Shown: positions 61,853-64,000 of the stretch, piece after piece
Layout: each line of letters begins with the position of its first letter
Numbering within the stretch: position 1 is the stretch's first letter
Source of the DNA: Chrysemys picta bellii
Lineage: Eukaryota
NCBI RefSeq assembly: GCF_011386835.1
Contig: NC_088797.1
Location: forward strand, 1,612,001-1,676,000
DNA length: 64,000 nucleotides
Direction of reading: 5' to 3'
Program-made: the position numbers and the translations under genes
The notes under the pieces: model-generated
Seen by the model: only the letters and a program-made list of their open reading frames with translations
What the model was told of the DNA's origin: nothing
Database searches by the model: none

Positions 61853-62798
61853 TACAATGTAAGCTAGAGCAATGTGCTGTGGAGCTGATGGCAGAGTTTG
61901 GCTCATAACCTGCTTTTTGTGGAGACAAGGGATAGTCAAAGTACACTAGGTGACTTCTGCTTTAGTAGCTGTAGTGCCTTTTCTCTCTTCAAGTTACTCA
62001 TTCCAGGTCTGTGTATGATATCTATATATTCTAAATCTCATACATTAAGAATGATACATTGTGAATAACAGAACTGCCACTCAGAATTCGGGGGAGAGAC
62101 AAACAAAGCAAACATCTATTCTTAGACCTTGGGCTTTGGACTCTGTGTCAGCTTGTTGGACCAAGGGAACAATTGCCAGAATCAAGAGCTTTCTACTGAC
62201 CAAGCCTACGTCACACTATACAAATCTGGGGTCTGTCAGCTTGAGCGTAGCAGCTGTCTTCTGTGAGGGTGTGGTAGCCTTTAGACTTGTCCCATAAAGG
62301 GCTTTATAGATCAAAATTACAGTAGATTTTTTTTAAACACACAATAAGTCAATGTAGCCTTTCAAGCCGAAGCAAATCTTTGATCTACACTTCTGAGTTT
62401 TAAATCTAAAACTCAGAAGAATGGTCATGTTTAAACTCACAATTCTGTGTTCAAATGGCAATCGACTGAAAAATTGGTGACTGCCAAATGTAGTGGTAGT
62501 TTAAGGACAGCAAGAACCCTTAATGTACATCTGGTTCTTTTAAAAGTTTTTAAAGGTAGCCAAGACATTTTAAACTGCACCCTAGAGACAATATTGTGAA
62601 CAAGGTAAAAGTAAGAGGTAGCTGCACAATCAGTGACTTTAAAAGATGAAACAAGTAAAATAAGAGTTTGTTCAAAGGCAAGTCATTTCCTGACTTTCAA
62701 GCAGATCTCGGTTTCAACTGCTGTTGATGCAACTCAAAAGAAAATGGCAGGAAGCAGAAGGAAGACTTTTTCACTGTTCAGGAGCTAGAGAAAAAGTA

Positions 62799-62973
62799 TC
62801 AGAGGGATAGCCGTGTTAGTCTGAATCTGTAAAAAGCAACAGAGGGTCCTGTGGCACCTTTGAGACTAACAGAAGTACTGGGAGCATAAGCTTTCGTGGG
62901 TAAGAACCTCACTTCTTGCATCTGAAGAAGTGAGGTTCTTACCCACGAAAGCTTATGCTCCCAGTACTTCTGT
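62799..62973 (-). mobile_element. Penelope-like fold-back insertion of a second subfamily, with a hammerhead motif on + at 62918-62958
   Basis: 13-bp TSD tagagaaaaagta (62786-62798 and 62974-62986); GCAU-CUGAAGA-A-GUGAG...CCCAC-GAAAGCUU-AUGC. Confidence 0.82.
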
Positions 62974-63029
62974 TAGAGAAAAAGTAGATATCTTGGCTGT
63001 GAAACTTGCCGCTGAGTTAATAGCGTACA

Positions 63030-63410
63030 TAAAAATGGCCCAAGGGTCCATCTAGCCCAGTATCCTGTCTTCCGACAGTGGTCAGTGCCAGGTGTCCCAG
63101 AGGGAATGAGCAGAACAGGGAATCATCCATCCCCTGTCGCCCATTCCCAGCTTCTGGCAAACAGAGGCTAGAGATAAAATTCCTGCCCATCTTGGCTAAT
63201 AGCCATTGAGGGATCTAGCCTCCATGAATTTATCTAGTTCTTTTTTGAACCCTATTATGGACTTGGCCTTCACAACATCCTCTGGCAAGGAGTTCCACAG
63301 GTTGACTGTGCGTTGTGTAAAGAAATACTTCCTTTTATTTGTTTTAGACCTGCTGCCTATTAATTTCATTTGGTGACCCCTAGTTCTTGTGTTATGAGAA
63401 GTAATAAAGA
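63030..63410 (-). mobile_element. CR1 3' fragment (same type as 585-1934)
   Basis: ORF 63196-63423 reads [13 protein letters not shown]...[18 protein letters not shown]. Confidence 0.88.
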
Positions 63411-64000
63411 AGTCAAACCTCAAACCCTGCTGATTATTCTCCCGTGATAGTTCAGACTTTTTTAAACTTCTCTATAACACACTTTTATTTTTGTCTTGTG
63501 ACAGATTGTCATCTCTGGTGATCTGTTTGAAAACAAGAGACAATTAAGTTAAAAAGAGAAGAGGGCTCATCAACCAGATGATAGTTCTTCCTGTGCGCTC
63601 CACTCAAGCAATAATTAGTACTCTATATCAGCATTGTTTTGCATCAGATCTTTTTAATAGCCCTTTCAGCTTCTGTGTATAGCTCATATACATAAGCATA
63701 TTCCGAGAATGCTTACAATAAAATTGGTAGCTGATAATGTTGACACTGAAGCTTGTAACTGACAGTGTAGCTCCTGATACCATCACATTCAGCTCCTCCA
63801 ACTCCTTTTGTCATGGTGGTCTTGCTTCAGAGCTTAAGGGAGTCTGGGGGCACGGACAAGAATTACAACTCACCCTCTCTGCTGTGGAGAAGAGCTTAAA
63901 ATTAGGCTTTCAACAATAATGACTTTGATAACCTAACTTTTAAGTGTTGCTTATTTCAGTCATATAAATAAGCTGTGCTTTCTAGGGTTGGTCTATACTT

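Noticed and set aside
46482-62973. Recurrent near-identical 30-40 bp palindromic repeats resembling CRISPR or REP elements
   Set aside because: They are dispersed rather than arrayed, each has its own TSD, the context is eukaryotic and no cas genes are present. They are explained as Penelope-like ends.

Overview
Vertebrate genomic DNA, very probably a turtle (inferred from a tortoise Pol III/SINE with a CR1-type tail, turtle-type CR1s and Penelope hairpins). Three intact protein-coding units lie on the + strand. First, the last seven coding exons of PRKAR2A (6592-33953; the 5' part is upstream of the window) with a long 3' UTR. Second, the complete five-exon RPP14, starting in a CpG island (51116-59677). 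Third, the single-exon HTD2 ORF (59725-60240), 47 nt after the RPP14 stop in the same terminal exon, which is the known bicistronic RPP14/HTD2 layout. Introns are packed with CR1, L1, L2, DIRS, solo LTRs, hAT and Harbinger MITEs and MIR-like SINEs. The most notable extras are: (1) two decayed ABHD6 exons on the - strand about 3.7 kb upstream of RPP14; (2) a stop-free alternative frame across RPP14 exons 4-5 that would give a 293-aa RPP14-HTD2 fusion if exon 3 is skipped; (3) TSD-flanked Penelope-derived hairpins carrying minimal hammerhead ribozyme motifs, two of them sense-oriented in RPP14 intron 2. All family assignments come from reading and translating by eye against recalled reference proteins; no database searches were run. 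Repeat boundaries without a TSD are approximate.
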